A DNA stretch of 64,000 nucleotides, from positions 188,140 to 252,139 of the forward strand of contig WRAS01000001.1 of assembly GCA_009780065.1 (NCBI GenBank). Reading direction: 5' to 3'. Under the pieces are notes generated by a model. It saw nothing but the letters and a program-made list of their open reading frames with translations, searched no databases and was not told where the DNA came from. This stretch comes from Bacillota bacterium (GTDB lineage: Bacteria > Bacillota > Clostridia > Christensenellales > UBA1242). Positions 9,672-22,600 of the stretch are shown piece by piece. The translations under genes and the position numbers were made by a program. Position 1 is the stretch's first letter. Each line of letters starts with the position of its first letter.

Positions 9672-10700
9672 GTGGACAAAACGAATTTTAGAAACCTGCA
9701 TGCGATGATTATCAAGGCAGAATCAATTGCAATATCAATGCATGTTCGTCCCGATGGTGACTGTATTGGTACGGCAGAAGCCCTTCGTTTGGCTCTTGTC
9801 GACATGGGTAAAAAGGTGGATGTCTTTACGGACGGCCAAATTCCGTCTCATTTTTCGTATCTAGATGGAATAAAAAAATTCAGACAATGCAAGGTCGATG
9901 AATGGTGTAGTTCATGTGCAGCGGGTTCAAAAAAGTCAAAGGCAAAATATCTATATGATCTGATGATAATAATTGATACAGGTGACGAGCACCGGGTGGG
10001 TGCGTGTCAGGAACTTAAATTCAGATGCAGGCGTGTTGTTGTGTTTGACCATCACCTTAACCCGACCATCGATGCAGATCTAATTGTGTCTAACCCAACG
10101 CGTGCAAGCGTGGGCGAGATGATGTTTGAATACTTTCGCAAACATAAAATTAATATCACCAAACCAATGGCAGAGGCGTTGTATACCGCCGTTTCCAGTG
10201 ACACAGGCTGCTTTTTATTTCCAAACACAACTGCATACACACACGAGGTCGCTAGTGAATTACTTAATATCGGTATAGACGTCGCAAATATCAACTATTC
10301 AAACTTTCGTGTTTATGATCCAAAGACTCTAAAAGGACTTATGGAGGTTTTGCGTCGCATTCAATTTATTAATAAAGGAAAAATTGCGATAACATACCTT
10401 GATCGAAAATTGGTTAAAAAATATGACTTTAACCATGATGAAAGGCACAGATTTCAACGCTACGCATCAGATGCCAGTGGAGTAATGGTAAGCATTTTTT
10501 TAACAGAACAAACAAGAGACTCCTTCAACGTCAGTCTTCGAAGCCACGGTGATGTTAATGTCGCAAGCGTGGCTGCGGATCTTGGTGGTGGTGGGCACAA
10601 AAACGCAAGCGGTCTGACAATGGAAGGCAAGTATAAAGATGTCATAAAGAAAATCGTGGAACGCGTAGAAAAGGAACTTAAGTTGACAAAAAGTCAATGA
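9672..10700 (+). CDS. nrnA: DHH/DHHA1 phosphoesterase (NrnA-like oligoribonuclease/pAp phosphatase)
   Basis: GTG start. Motifs HVRPDGDCIGT, IIIDTGDEHR, VVFDHH and GGGGHKNASG. Confidence 0.85.
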   Translation: MDKTNFRNLHAMIIKAESIAISMHVRPDGDCIGTAEALRLALVDMGKKVDVFTDGQIPSHFSYLDGIKKFRQCKVDEWCSSCAAGSKKSKAKYLYDLMIIIDTGDEHRVGACQELKFRCRRVVVFDHHLNPTIDADLIVSNPTRASVGEMMFEYFRKHKINITKPMAEALYTAVSSDTGCFLFPNTTAYTHEVASELLNIGIDVANINYSNFRVYDPKTLKGLMEVLRRIQFINKGKIAITYLDRKLVKKYDFNHDERHRFQRYASDASGVMVSIFLTEQTRDSFNVSLRSHGDVNVASVAADLGGGGHKNASGLTMEGKYKDVIKKIVERVEKELKLTKSQ

Positions 10701-10710
10701 GGACATATAG

Positions 10711-11367
10711 ATGGATGGTATATTAATTATAAATAAACCAAAAGGAATCACAAGTTTTTTATACATGAAAAAGGTGCAACGAAAACTTGGGATTAAAAAA
10801 GTTGGACATTTGGGAACATTAGACCCGAATGCCTGCGGGGTGCTTGTCCTTTTGTGTGGGCGGGCGACTAAACTGAATGAAAAACTTAGTGGACAGACCA
10901 AGACTTACCAGACCCTTTTACCATTCGGTGTCACCACAGACACAATTGATTCGGAAGGACAAATCATCGCAACAAGTGAAGTCATTCCAACCAAAAAACA
11001 AATAGAAAAAATATTGCCAGAAATGGTGGGGGACATTGAAATAGAAGTGCCGAAATTTTCTGCAGTCCATATCAATGGACGTAGAGCATACGACTTGGCA
11101 AGGAAAGGAATTGATTTCACTCCACCTAGGAAAGTGGTAAAAATCGAGCGTTTTGAACTGTTAGAGCAACGTTCAGAGAATGAATTCTTTTTTGAGATTG
11201 AATGTCAAACGGGTACATACATTCGGTCGCTTGCACAATTGATTGCCGAGAAACTTGGCACGGTTGCATATTGTGCCGAAATAATTCGGACGAGAGTTGG
11301 AGATTCTAGAATAGAAGATGCCAAGGGCTTGGAAGACGTTACAATAGAGGATATGGTTGGGATATGA
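10711..11367 (+). CDS. truB: tRNA pseudouridine(55) synthase TruB, short form (catalytic domain only)
   Basis: GHLGTLDPNACGVLVL contains the catalytic Asp motif. The protein is 218 aa. Confidence 0.9.
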   Translation: MDGILIINKPKGITSFLYMKKVQRKLGIKKVGHLGTLDPNACGVLVLLCGRATKLNEKLSGQTKTYQTLLPFGVTTDTIDSEGQIIATSEVIPTKKQIEKILPEMVGDIEIEVPKFSAVHINGRRAYDLARKGIDFTPPRKVVKIERFELLEQRSENEFFFEIECQTGTYIRSLAQLIAEKLGTVAYCAEIIRTRVGDSRIEDAKGLEDVTIEDMVGI

Positions 11368-12341
11368 GTACAAATATTACAAGTGTTTTTGAGGAATTAA
11401 AGAAGCATAAGAACATCGGCAATAAGATCAAACTAAGTGAGAACAAGCAATCATTAGAGATAGAGTTCCATGAATTTTTGCATGTAACTATATTTGATGA
11501 AGGTCAGGAATACACCATAAATACAAAGGAAACGCATTGGCATCTTGATACCGATGACGAAGTGATAAAGAATCTGACTGAAATAGCAGATGGCGATATT
11601 GTGTTTATTAAAAACATGGGCTTCTTTTCACAGGGAATAAAAGTTATAACGAGAGATGAAATGGAAACAATATTTGGTAAGTGGTCATTCGGAAGAAAGA
11701 ATCAGCGAATTTATACTGGCAACATGATTTTCAAGCGAGAGAAAGAAGAGCATTTTGAGTGGAAACTTATATCAACAAACCCTTTGGTAGAATCAGAAAC
11801 ATATTTAATTCCACGAAATGAATTAACAAGTACTGTCAGTTATGAATTTCAAAAAGGCAAATACAAAATTGTGATGAATAGTAAAAGTAGGCTTGCTGAT
11901 TCATTGTTTCTTTATGAAGATGACCTTGAAGAACTTATGCCATTTGCATATTTTATCGAGGATTTTGATCCGTATGGAGTTACATATTTGGATGAAAAAA
12001 GCGGTGGCAAATTCGTGAAATATTTGCGCGAGTTTGCTAAATTGCTGGAAACTGGGAATAGTGTAATTCAAATAGTCGAAGAATTAGATTTTTATGATTC
12101 ATCGAAAGATTGGCCGATGGATGAGGAAGCAAAACAGAATATGTTAAAGGGTAAAGGGTTCTTCAAGTATGGTAACTGGACAGAAGAAAAAATCTCGCAA
12201 ATGCTGATTGATAGTAAAAGATATCACGAAGAGAATTTAAAATCACTTGACCCAGTTAAGTTGCAAAAAACTGCAATTGTGTTAGCCGACTGGATAGAAG
12301 AACAGTTAAAAACTGGTGTGGTTTCTATACTAGGAATTTAA
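11364..12341 (+). CDS. hypothetical cytoplasmic protein, 325 aa
   Basis: ORF track. The start overlaps the truB stop (ATGA). I recognise no motif. The segment is AT-rich. Confidence 0.6.
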   Translation: MSTNITSVFEELKKHKNIGNKIKLSENKQSLEIEFHEFLHVTIFDEGQEYTINTKETHWHLDTDDEVIKNLTEIADGDIVFIKNMGFFSQGIKVITRDEMETIFGKWSFGRKNQRIYTGNMIFKREKEEHFEWKLISTNPLVESETYLIPRNELTSTVSYEFQKGKYKIVMNSKSRLADSLFLYEDDLEELMPFAYFIEDFDPYGVTYLDEKSGGKFVKYLREFAKLLETGNSVIQIVEELDFYDSSKDWPMDEEAKQNMLKGKGFFKYGNWTEEKISQMLIDSKRYHEENLKSLDPVKLQKTAIVLADWIEEQLKTGVVSILGI

Positions 12342-12386
12342 CTTGCTGTGTCGTACGGGACTTCTCAAGTTATTAATAAACAGTTT

Positions 12387-12644
12387 TTATAAGATGTCGA
12401 CATCGTTATCATACTTGTTGTTACCTCGAACAATACTCGATATAGCAAATATAACCATAAACAACCCAAGTCCGCCAATGATAAACCCAAATATCTTAGC
12501 CCCAACTGAATAATTATAAAACCCAAAAAAGATTGTGATACCACCAAAAAGCATATTCAAAAGCCCGACAATCAACTGTATCGTCGCGCCAAATCGCGTT
12601 TGACCATTGCCAAAAATAAATACCCCGCCGATTGGAATAAACAT
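12387..12644 (-). CDS. small Gly-rich integral membrane protein
   Basis: MFIPIGGVFIFGNG...GGITIFFGFY...FIIGGLGLFMVIFAI gives 3 hydrophobic segments. The internal ATG at 12644 was chosen because the track start at 12722 overlaps the next gene. Confidence 0.45.
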   Translation of the reverse strand: MFIPIGGVFIFGNGQTRFGATIQLIVGLLNMLFGGITIFFGFYNYSVGAKIFGFIIGGLGLFMVIFAISSIVRGNNKYDNDVDIL

Positions 12645-12693
12645 GACTTTAATATGTGCAAGTTTCTGGTAACTATGTGTTATAATAAATTTT

Positions 12694-13548
12694 ATGAACA
12701 TAAGATTTGGACCAAGTGGCAACGATAAACTATTCTACGAAAGCGGTTACAAAAGCACAACCCAAGCCCCAAAATGGCTGCGCGAGGTTGTGGGTCTAGA
12801 TGCGTTGGAGATAAGTTTTGGTCGCGGCATCCGTATGTCGGTGGATACCGCAGCCAAAATCGGTGATGAGGCCAAGAAATATGATATAGAAATTTCTGTG
12901 CACGCACCATATTATATAAACTTGGTCAATAGTGAGAATTTCGATAAAAATTATAGATGGATTGAACAAAGTTTGATTTTGGCAAAAGCAATGGGCGGTA
13001 AACGCGTTATTGTTCATCCGGCGTCGCAAGGGGATTACGAAAGGAAAGAGGCACTTAGGATAACTGCGGATAATCTTGCACGGGTTATAAATAAATTGGA
13101 TGAAAATGGATATAATGATTTTCTATTGTGCATCGAAACGATGGGAAGATATTCTAATATAGGAAATGTTCAAGAGATTTGTGACCTTTGCAAAATCGAT
13201 TCGCGCATTGTTCCCACATTGGATTTCGGGCATATTAATTGCCTGTTGCAAGGCGAACTTTCGCGCAATCCAGAAAAGTTTTTTGAAATAATGGATTTTG
13301 TCGAGTTGCAAATTGGTAAAGAAAAAATGAAAAACATACATATTCATTTCAGTGCAATTGTGTACAGCGATAAAGGCGAGCGCCATCATACGATTTTATC
13401 TGACACACAATGGACAATCCCTTTTGAACCCCTTGGAAAGATTTTAAAAGATAAAAAATTGACTAATGCAATTGTAATTTGTGAAAGCGAATATATAATG
13501 GCGCAGGACGCGAAAACCCTTAAAAACATATTTGAAAGTCAAATTTGA
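12694..13548 (+). CDS. nfo: endonuclease IV family protein (AP endonuclease family 2 TIM barrel)
   Basis: ISVHAPYYINLVN, RVIVHPAS, LCIETMG, LDFGHINC and IHIHFSAIVYSDKGERHH line up with metal-ligand blocks of Endo IV as I recall them. Confidence 0.75.
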   Translation: MNIRFGPSGNDKLFYESGYKSTTQAPKWLREVVGLDALEISFGRGIRMSVDTAAKIGDEAKKYDIEISVHAPYYINLVNSENFDKNYRWIEQSLILAKAMGGKRVIVHPASQGDYERKEALRITADNLARVINKLDENGYNDFLLCIETMGRYSNIGNVQEICDLCKIDSRIVPTLDFGHINCLLQGELSRNPEKFFEIMDFVELQIGKEKMKNIHIHFSAIVYSDKGERHHTILSDTQWTIPFEPLGKILKDKKLTNAIVICESEYIMAQDAKTLKNIFESQI

Positions 13549-13593
13549 TACCAGATATGGTATATTTCTATAATGTCGACCCCCTAATTTCGT

Positions 13594-13645
13594 TTGCAAG
13601 TTTTTTACATTTATGTTTATAATAGATGATATAGATTTGTATAAT
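13594..13645 (+). promoter_or_regulatory. candidate promoters of the giant gene
   Basis: TTGCAA (13594-13599), 18 nt, TATAAT (13618-13623). A second extended -10, TGTATAAT, lies at 13638-13645. GGAGG lies 7 nt before the ATG. Confidence 0.4.
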
Positions 13646-13690
13646 GGAGTGAATTAGGTTTTTTACCAAAGAAACACCAAGGAGGAATTC

Positions 13691-16600
13691 ATGGATAGAC
13701 GTACAAAAAAGCGTGTCGTGGCGGGCGGTCTTGTCGCTGTTTTGCTGTTATTGGGGATTGCCATGTTCGCGATGTTCGGACAAACGTTCACGGTTTATTT
13801 TGACCCTGGTACAGGCGGTGTTTTACAATACGAAGGCAGACGAATGGAATCTATCGAGGTCAGTCCACGTAACCCGCGTCGAATTGCTGGATATGTACCG
13901 GTGCATCAGGACGGAAAAATATTCGAGGGGTGGCGTTTGTCCGCAACCGCAACAACGAATATTTATGACACCGCGAATATAAACGAATCTCGCACCCTTG
14001 TTGCATATTGGCGGAATGCAGAATTCGCAGCAAGATTGCACGTCAATGGTGTTCATGTGCGGACTGTTCCATTCTTTTCTGGGGATGCGTTCGCAACCCT
14101 TAACACACAAACAAATGATTGGATAATACCAAATACTGATTACTTCACATTTCATGGGTGGAGTTTTTATGATTCTCGCGGTAATGAGATGGAATTGCGC
14201 CGTATCCCAACGGGACAACCAAACGCAGGCGAGTGGAACATTCGTCAGGTTGGCACAATAAACCCACCGCAATTAATTAACGACGACAACCCATTCCGTC
14301 CGCAAACCTTTGGTAATATTTTTCACGCGATTTTAACCTATAATCCTGTTGGTTTACATTTTCACACCAGTCCAAATTTGGCGACCCGAATCACTATGGA
14401 CATAGATGGTCAGTTTGGCGATACAGCATTCGTCGCGGCACCTGGATTTACCAATCAAAGTCAAATAGACAACTTTGTGGGCTGGAGACTCGCACGCCAC
14501 ACAGAGTTAGAGGGCTTTTCGCCAAATGGTGGTCACTTGCCAATACCTGCAAGACATTTGCACCAATTTGATACATTGACAAATTCCTTTACAACCATTG
14601 AAAGATTTAACAATGCACCCGCAAACACTCTTGCGCAAGATGCTCAAATCCAAATGGCACGTCTTAACGAAATTTTCAATAGAACATACAAACCAGGCGA
14701 AGCCTTTGAAATAGACCCATTGTTGTTCTATATCTCAACACGTGGATTTTCGATTAACCACACACTGGGTATTCATTTCTTGCCTGTATTCGGAAGTGAT
14801 CTTGTACCCGACGCCGGAAACAACGACCAGTTATTTTTCCTTCGTGATGACAGGATCCCAGGGATGGAGAGATTAGTTCAAGTAACAACCACCTCTGGTG
14901 ATGACATACCTGCATTTCTGCAAGGTGGTCAAATTTCATTTACTGATGTTGGTATCGTCGGCGGAAGAATGCTGGCGGGTTTTTCATTTACAAACGAGGG
15001 GATTATCCACACCATTCCAACGCATGCAAATCTTCCGGTAAATGACTCGCGATTGACCCAAAACGGTTCCAACTTGTTCACAATGATTTGGCAAGATGCC
15101 CCAGGCCAGAATGTGGTCGTTAATTTTGACTTTGGAACTGAACATGGTTCAAACCTTATATTCATTGGACAAGGTGCAGGCTTTATATCTTCACAAGATG
15201 TTATTAGTCAACTTGGAACAATCATCGCACGACCAGGTGATTTCGTAATAATGCCAAGTACATCTATGTTCGGTGTGCCGGGGATGACATTCGGACACTG
15301 GCAAGCCGAAGATGGAACAATCATCGGTGGTGCGGGTGCACCATTCCAGGTAAATTCTGGAACATATCAAATTACCGCTGTTTGGATTAATAACCAATCT
15401 ATGTTTGCGTTTAACCTGAACGGTGGACGCCCAGGCCCAGACTTTAACCCAGACCCAGGTCAAATGACCATAACAGTTAACCAAGCAGGTCAACAATTGG
15501 CGCAAATCCCAACTGGTCGACCAATTCGTTACGGATACGAATTCACAGGTTGGCGTATAGAGGGCGGAGTTTCAACATTACTTCAGCCAGGTGCAAACAT
15601 TCTTGTAACTGCACGTCGCCAGATTCTTGTTGCACAATGGACACCTATGGCAGTGTCTGTTCACCTTGAATTCAGTTTTGTTAACGTCGGACTTGGTCAA
15701 GTTGCAACCCCAGCCAACGTTCAACGCGCAACATTGACGCTTAACGTGCCGTTTGATTCTTTTATTCAACTTCCACGTATTTCAAGAATAGGTGACGCAC
15801 TTTCCAACCTTGGCGCGCCATTGGCGGTCAGAAACCTTGCAAACGCATATACAGATGCTGTACAGCATGTTGGTTGGCACTTTGCAGACAATCGCGTCGG
15901 TAGCAACAGCCCAATAACAATACTGCCAGAAGAGCGTATCCACATTAACGAAGCCTTTGCAATTAGAAACACCGGTAGTACCAGTGACACGGTTCTTGCA
16001 ACAAGCGGTGTTCGCGCAACCGACCTTAAAGCCGGTCTTCAACGTGATGTACAGATAATTGACTCTGTAGGTAGTCAGGTAACCGGTTTAGATGCATTTA
16101 GGTTGGAAACCCAAACATGGGAAGGTGGATTCTGGGATGTTATGGGTAACACCCCTGTTCTTAACACACAAAACGATAGACGAATAACTCGTACAGACAT
16201 GCTTGCAAGATTGGATGCACGTACGGGCATAACATATAACAGATACCGCCAACACATGATGACACATACTTTGGCTGGTTTCATTTACTTGCCAACAACT
16301 CAGGTGGGGGCACTTGGGCTTACAACCGCTACAGGATGGCTGAACGCATTTAACCCTGCAACTGGAACGTATGATGGTGCTACAACCGCCCCATTTGTTC
16401 ACAGATTTAACGCGCAAGGTGTGGTTTATCTTCCGGCACCTATGGAACACATGACATTATTCTTGTTGTGGCAAAGAAATGCAATCGAGATTCGTGTATT
16501 AGACAACACACATAACTTGATGTCTACTGTACAGTCTTATCACAACGATAACCGTGACCATGCCCAACTTGATGGAACTTTCTTCCAAAGTTTTGTGAAT

Positions 16601-19600
16601 GCATTGCCGGTGACAGAAAGATTTTCGCGCTGGCAGGTTACATTCTTCTTTGAATTTCCAAATGGTAACACATATTCACGAAATGTTGGAAACCTTGAAG
16701 AATGGTTGTTTGCAGGTGGTCACGCATCCATAATTCAACCTAACGTCGGCGGTGCAAACCCATTAAACCTTACATCGCATGTACACAGAATTGACGTTAG
16801 ACTGGTTGTACAAGACCTAAATAGCCTTATTGTCCGTGCCTCACACGAGGGTGAACATCACGGTGTAATACGTGACCCGCTACCGGCCCAGATATATGCA
16901 GATGGTGGTTCCGTATTTAATATTACGTCGCTAAGAACTGGTACACCAAGTATGACAATTGAGTTTGGTGTATGTCGCGTACTGGCACAGCAAATTCAAC
17001 GTGCAAGTTCGCAACGTATCGTCGCCTACAGTACCAACGCTGGTGATAACGCAAGATTCCAAGCCAACCAGGCTAACCCAGGGTTCTTGGGACATGTCTT
17101 CCTTCCAGGCCAGCAAATTAACTTGTTCGTAACACCTGTTGCCACTTTCGGTCACTCGCCTTCGTGGATTAGCGGTGGATTTATACCAGGTCAAAGTGTT
17201 GCACAAATTAACGCAGATTCTCCAGGCACATTGATACTGCACCCAATATTTGCTCAGGTCGAATATTCCGTATACATTAACTTTGACGCCGATGCATCAT
17301 TTAACCCATCTGCAATTCCAGGTGGGATGGGTAGTCTTGTAACCGTAAATAACGGGGTAGGACAAATTGCAATACCAGGTTCATTTACACAATTCCAAAA
17401 CTTTGTTCTTAACACACCAAGTTTCGGGGTAGGTCCAGGTATTCAACTGTGGGATGCAATAAGAAATTCAAGAATGGGTCACTACATAGACACTACCACT
17501 CCTCCTGATGCGGTGGTAAACCTAGGTGTAAGAAACCAAGCCAACCAAATTATTCCACGACACAGTCTTAACCACAGCGTGGGAATGTCCTTTACACAAG
17601 GTGCAGGCAGTCTTTCCGCAATCAGCATGAACTATGCCACTGGTGAAAATTTTGATGAGATTCACCTATATGTGCTTTGGCGCGTTCAAACTGTCAACGT
17701 CAGATTTGAAATATGGCGCGACGGCAGTTATCAAACAATCGCAACTGTAAACAGACCATTTGGTGAATCACTAACATTGCACAACGGACAACCGTTCATT
17801 AACGAACGTCGTGGTTTCCAACTTACCGGTTGGAATGTAATGGGACGTGCTGCGCCATTAATCGGCTCTCATTTCGCCCTTAGTGTCAATGTTATGTTGG
17901 ATGGGAATATAAACCCAGGATCCATAGACATTAGCGAGATGCCAATTTCACCAGGTAACCATAGGGTGCGCGAGGTCGTATTCCGTGGCTTCCACCAAGG
18001 TCATCAGGTTAACCAGATTCAGGTTGTATTACACGACTGGGACTTTGGACACACCGAAATTGTATACTTGGATAACTATGATTTGACCAACCCTTTCCGA
18101 CAAAACGTTGGTAACCCGTTCACATTACAGTCATTTACTGGAACTTGGATTGTGGGGGGGGACCCAGTTTGGATAACAAGACAAATACACACACTAAGTT
18201 GGGGACCTGCGCGTTTCGGTGACAGGGTATTCCTAGACTTTGATAGCCAGAACTTCACTCAGTATCTTCTTGATCCACTTACTGGTAACCGAATAATCCC
18301 GAATGAAAGTTCAGGTCGTTTGTTAGAATACTGGTTCTGGCGCGATGGGAATGGCGTTGAACGCCGACTAGAACGTTGTCCAGAGGGCGGTCACTTTATC
18401 CGTTTGGATGATGACAGCATGCTTAACGCACTGGGAACTGCGTTCGCGGTACCTGGTCTATTGCAAATCTTCCCTCGTTTCTCGGATCCATCAACCGGAT
18501 TATTGGACATAACCGGTCTTCGTGGTACATCAAACATTGAAATCGGAACGAATGCGGGGGACCTTCAAAATGTTGAAGACATGGAAGAATTAATCCGTGA
18601 ACACATTATACGATACACTACTGACTTTGCGGCAATTACACCATTGAATGGTATGACTTTGGAATACACAATTGGTTCACCAACCGGAATCAATTTGTAC
18701 CAAGAATTTATCCATAACCCAGGAACGGTAGACAACCGATTCATCCGTTGGGGATGGGAGATGGTGGGTTTCTACGCCTATGTAAACAATGGTGACAGAA
18801 ACGAACCATTAACGCGCGAAGAATTCCGCGTGGGCGATACATTAACTCACACATTCTTGATACCAAACAATGTTACCCGACCTTCACCACTGGTAATTCG
18901 ACCAATTTGGGAACCAATTCCATTCGTCGCGGTTATTGAATCCGGTGTTCCAGGCGGCACATTGCCAGCTGGCGTGACATGGGGTACAAACTTTACTGTC
19001 CGTGGAACTTCTGGGATGGGTGGTGTTTATGACACACTTGATGGATTCTTTGGTTCCACGATTAACCTCCCATTGTTGAATGTTAACGGGAACTTTGATT
19101 TCTGGCACACTGATTTCGTACACCGTGCGACTCCAGCATCTCCAATATTGATTGAAAACGTTGTTTCTTGGGCTAACTTTGAAAACTTCCTCGTTGCATG
19201 GGATCGTGAAACCATAGAAGCCGCGGTTTTTCACCCAAGCGGCAACTTCTCGCGTGACACACTTGCTAGGTCAACTTGGCCACGAATTTACTTCCGCGGT
19301 ATTTGGGATGTAACGGCAAACGTAACCGTTAACCACAATGTCGTAATGCCGAACGCAGCGGGTGTATTGCAAACACATGCGGTTGCATTGAATCCACAAT
19401 ACGACACACAAATTCAAAATGTAATTGCTGCACGTAACCCAAATACATTTATTACATCTACGTTCTCGTTAAGACCGGACGTTGTACGTGTAGAGGTTGG
19501 TACCAACCAATACGTATACCGTTATGTCACCGAGACCGTTCCAACGTTGGGACAACAACTTCCATCTAGTTTCCGTCTGCCAAGTCTCGAACACATGTCA

Positions 19601-22600
19601 ATCGAACTTAGCAACCTTGGGATTGCAGAAAACCTATATGGTATGCAGTCACGCGGATGGTTCCATACTAATCTGGATGCGGCAAACCGCATTGGTAATG
19701 AAAACGATGTGTTATGGTTCAATGGACCGGTACATGGTACCCGTCATACTGCGTTCAGCGCATTTGCACCAGCATGGACTGCACCTAGAAATATCACCGC
19801 GCCTGGTTCTACAACCGCACTTGCAACTGTTAACTTGTTCTATGTATTTGAATTTGTAACAGGGCACATGTATTTCGACCTAAATGGTGGTCTAGTCGGC
19901 GGCAGCCCAAGCGCAGCCCGTGTTGCGGTCACCCAAAATGACCAAGTCAACATGGCAAACGCGAGCCAGTTCCCAATACCAACACGTGAAGGTTACATTT
20001 TCCAAGGTTGGGAATTCGTGGGTGGTCGTCATGTAATCGGTGGCACCATGACACTTGTAACTAACTACGGGCCGGCGGTAAGAAATGGTATCTTGACTGG
20101 TTATACTGGTTATGGCAATAATGGTTCGCCTGCATTTATTGAAAACGCAGGTCGTCGATATGGCGCACATACAGGGAACCTGTTCACCGTAATGTTTGTA
20201 CCGCATCCAGATGACTTTGTCGATGTTGGTATTCGCTCGGTTCACCAAGACGGTATGGCAATACAAATGCGTGCGGTCTGGGTAGACAGATTCGTTCCTG
20301 TGGTCTTCCACGATGCATATGGTAACCCTCTTGGTTCACCTTTCGCAGGTATCCAGGTTCGCGAAGCACACGCAATCGGCAACCCAACCCAAAACACAGA
20401 CTTCTACAATGCTGTATTTGCAAATGATGCACCTGTACCAACACGTATCGGTCACACATTTGCTGGATGGTACCGTGTCAGAACAACCCGTGTTGTCAGT
20501 GCTCAGGTTCTTCCAATATTGACCCAGGCAGACTACAACACATTCCTTGCGGCACATGCAATCAACGCGGGCAGTTTCGTCACACCAGGCGCCCAGGTAT
20601 TCAACCTGTACGCGCGATTTGTTCCGAACTATGTCCAATTCTCGTTCAACCTTGTGGGCGAATCATTACCTGGCAATGCAACAATTCCTAATACGGCCTC
20701 ACTTCGTTATGGTCAAATGCATGCCAACGTGCTGCCAGACCCAACCGTATTTACAATTAACGATGCAGGGTTTGAACTTGTTGGTTGGACAACCGACCCT
20801 AACAACCCACTTGCACCTACATTCGACCCACGTATTACAAGGAACTTGTTCCTTCACGATATCAACAGCGGAAACATGTCTGCTGGTGGTTACTTCTCGA
20901 TGAACGTGGCAACTCCAATGGGAGACTCTAACACACAAAGAACATCGATGGTATCTACAACCGTCTATCCAGGTACATATGTGTTTAATTTAAACCTGTA
21001 CGCAGTATGGCAAGCCAACTACATCACCGTGACATATACCTCTGGTCTAGGTCAAGGTAGCGATGTGATACACACAGGATTCTTGTTCTCTGGAAATATC
21101 CGTAACGCAGTTGGTGGCGAAGGTGCCGCAATCGTGGGACCAGAGCGCGTCGGTTACAGACGTTTCGGTATGATGATTATTGATGATGCTGGTTTCCAAC
21201 GTCCTGGACATAACTTCCTTGGGTGGCGTGCACTTGACCGCCATGAAAACGCATTTACCGAAGGTCCTCTTGCCAACCGTATATTCTTCCCAGGCGAATT
21301 TATCCCAAGTATCCGCGAAAGTATTTACATGGAAGCAATTTGGGTGGCGCAAGGTCCAAATATGACCCAGTTAACAACAATTCCTGCATTACCAGGTGTA
21401 TCCATACTGTCTATGCCAGCACCAGGTGGTGGAATAAATGCCAACTTCTTTTACATGGGCGGGCGTATTAACACACACGCTAATATTGTTCTTATACCAC
21501 GTGGTTTCACAGTAATGCCGCGCGAGTCAATCACATTGACAAACAATAACGTAATTCACGTTGGTCTGCCAACTGCACCTACACGTGCAAATATGTCAGC
21601 AGCAGGGTTACGACTAGAATCCGGTGCGATTGTCGCACACGGTCTGCGAACACTTTACGTAAACGACAGTCTTATTGGTGTAACACGTGATGGTACGAAC
21701 TTTGTCAACTCGCGTGGTAGCCTTGTCTATAACATCGTCATGGCACCGGTTGTGCGTGACCTTAACGGAAGACACTGGGGTCGTGGAATATTCCGCGAAT
21801 ACATCGTAATGCAAGGTAACTTGATTGTGGATGTTGCACCAAACAACACCATCAGCAACCTTCGCTATGTGGGGCGTTCCACAAAATATGCTTACGAGGA
21901 ATCAATTAACAACGTAGGTATGTTGTTCACCCGAACACACAACGAAAACCTACAACAGATTGGTGGTGCGGTGCGTGAACTTGTTGCTGTACCGGGTGCA
22001 TGGGGTAATGGTAACGGTATCAATAACACAACATTGATGAACGTCCAAAGAATCCGAAGTAACGCATTCTTGACATTCACAGGCTGTCACGAAACTGATT
22101 ACGCAACTGATCTTACATTTGACGCACGTTGGTTGAATCTTCAATACGATCGTCATGCATTCTTCCACACTGTATTTGCAAACATGCACTTTGCGGGAAC
22201 AATGCACCACGAGTTTATCAGTGGCTTCAACCCATTCCTTATAGATGTACAGATTGCTACAGATAGTCATGGTATAGGAAACTACGCTGCAAGTAGAATT
22301 ACCGTTGTACCTTATAACACAGTTGTCAGAGGAGGGTGCTGGAATTGCAGTGGGCATAGTAGTAACAATCCACATAACGGTTTATGGGCTATTACAGTTG
22401 CTGGAACTGGAGGAACTCCGCCAAGACCTATCTTAGGTTGGGATCAATCTATTTACAGTCAAAATTGGCAGTATCTTGTGTATATTTTCGGTATGCCTGA
22501 ACCTATTACAGGTGGTGGCGCTGTATGCGAGGTATGCGCTATAGGGAGTTCTCACTTTACTATTTTCACAGGAACAGCAATTGCCACGGGTCCTATGATG

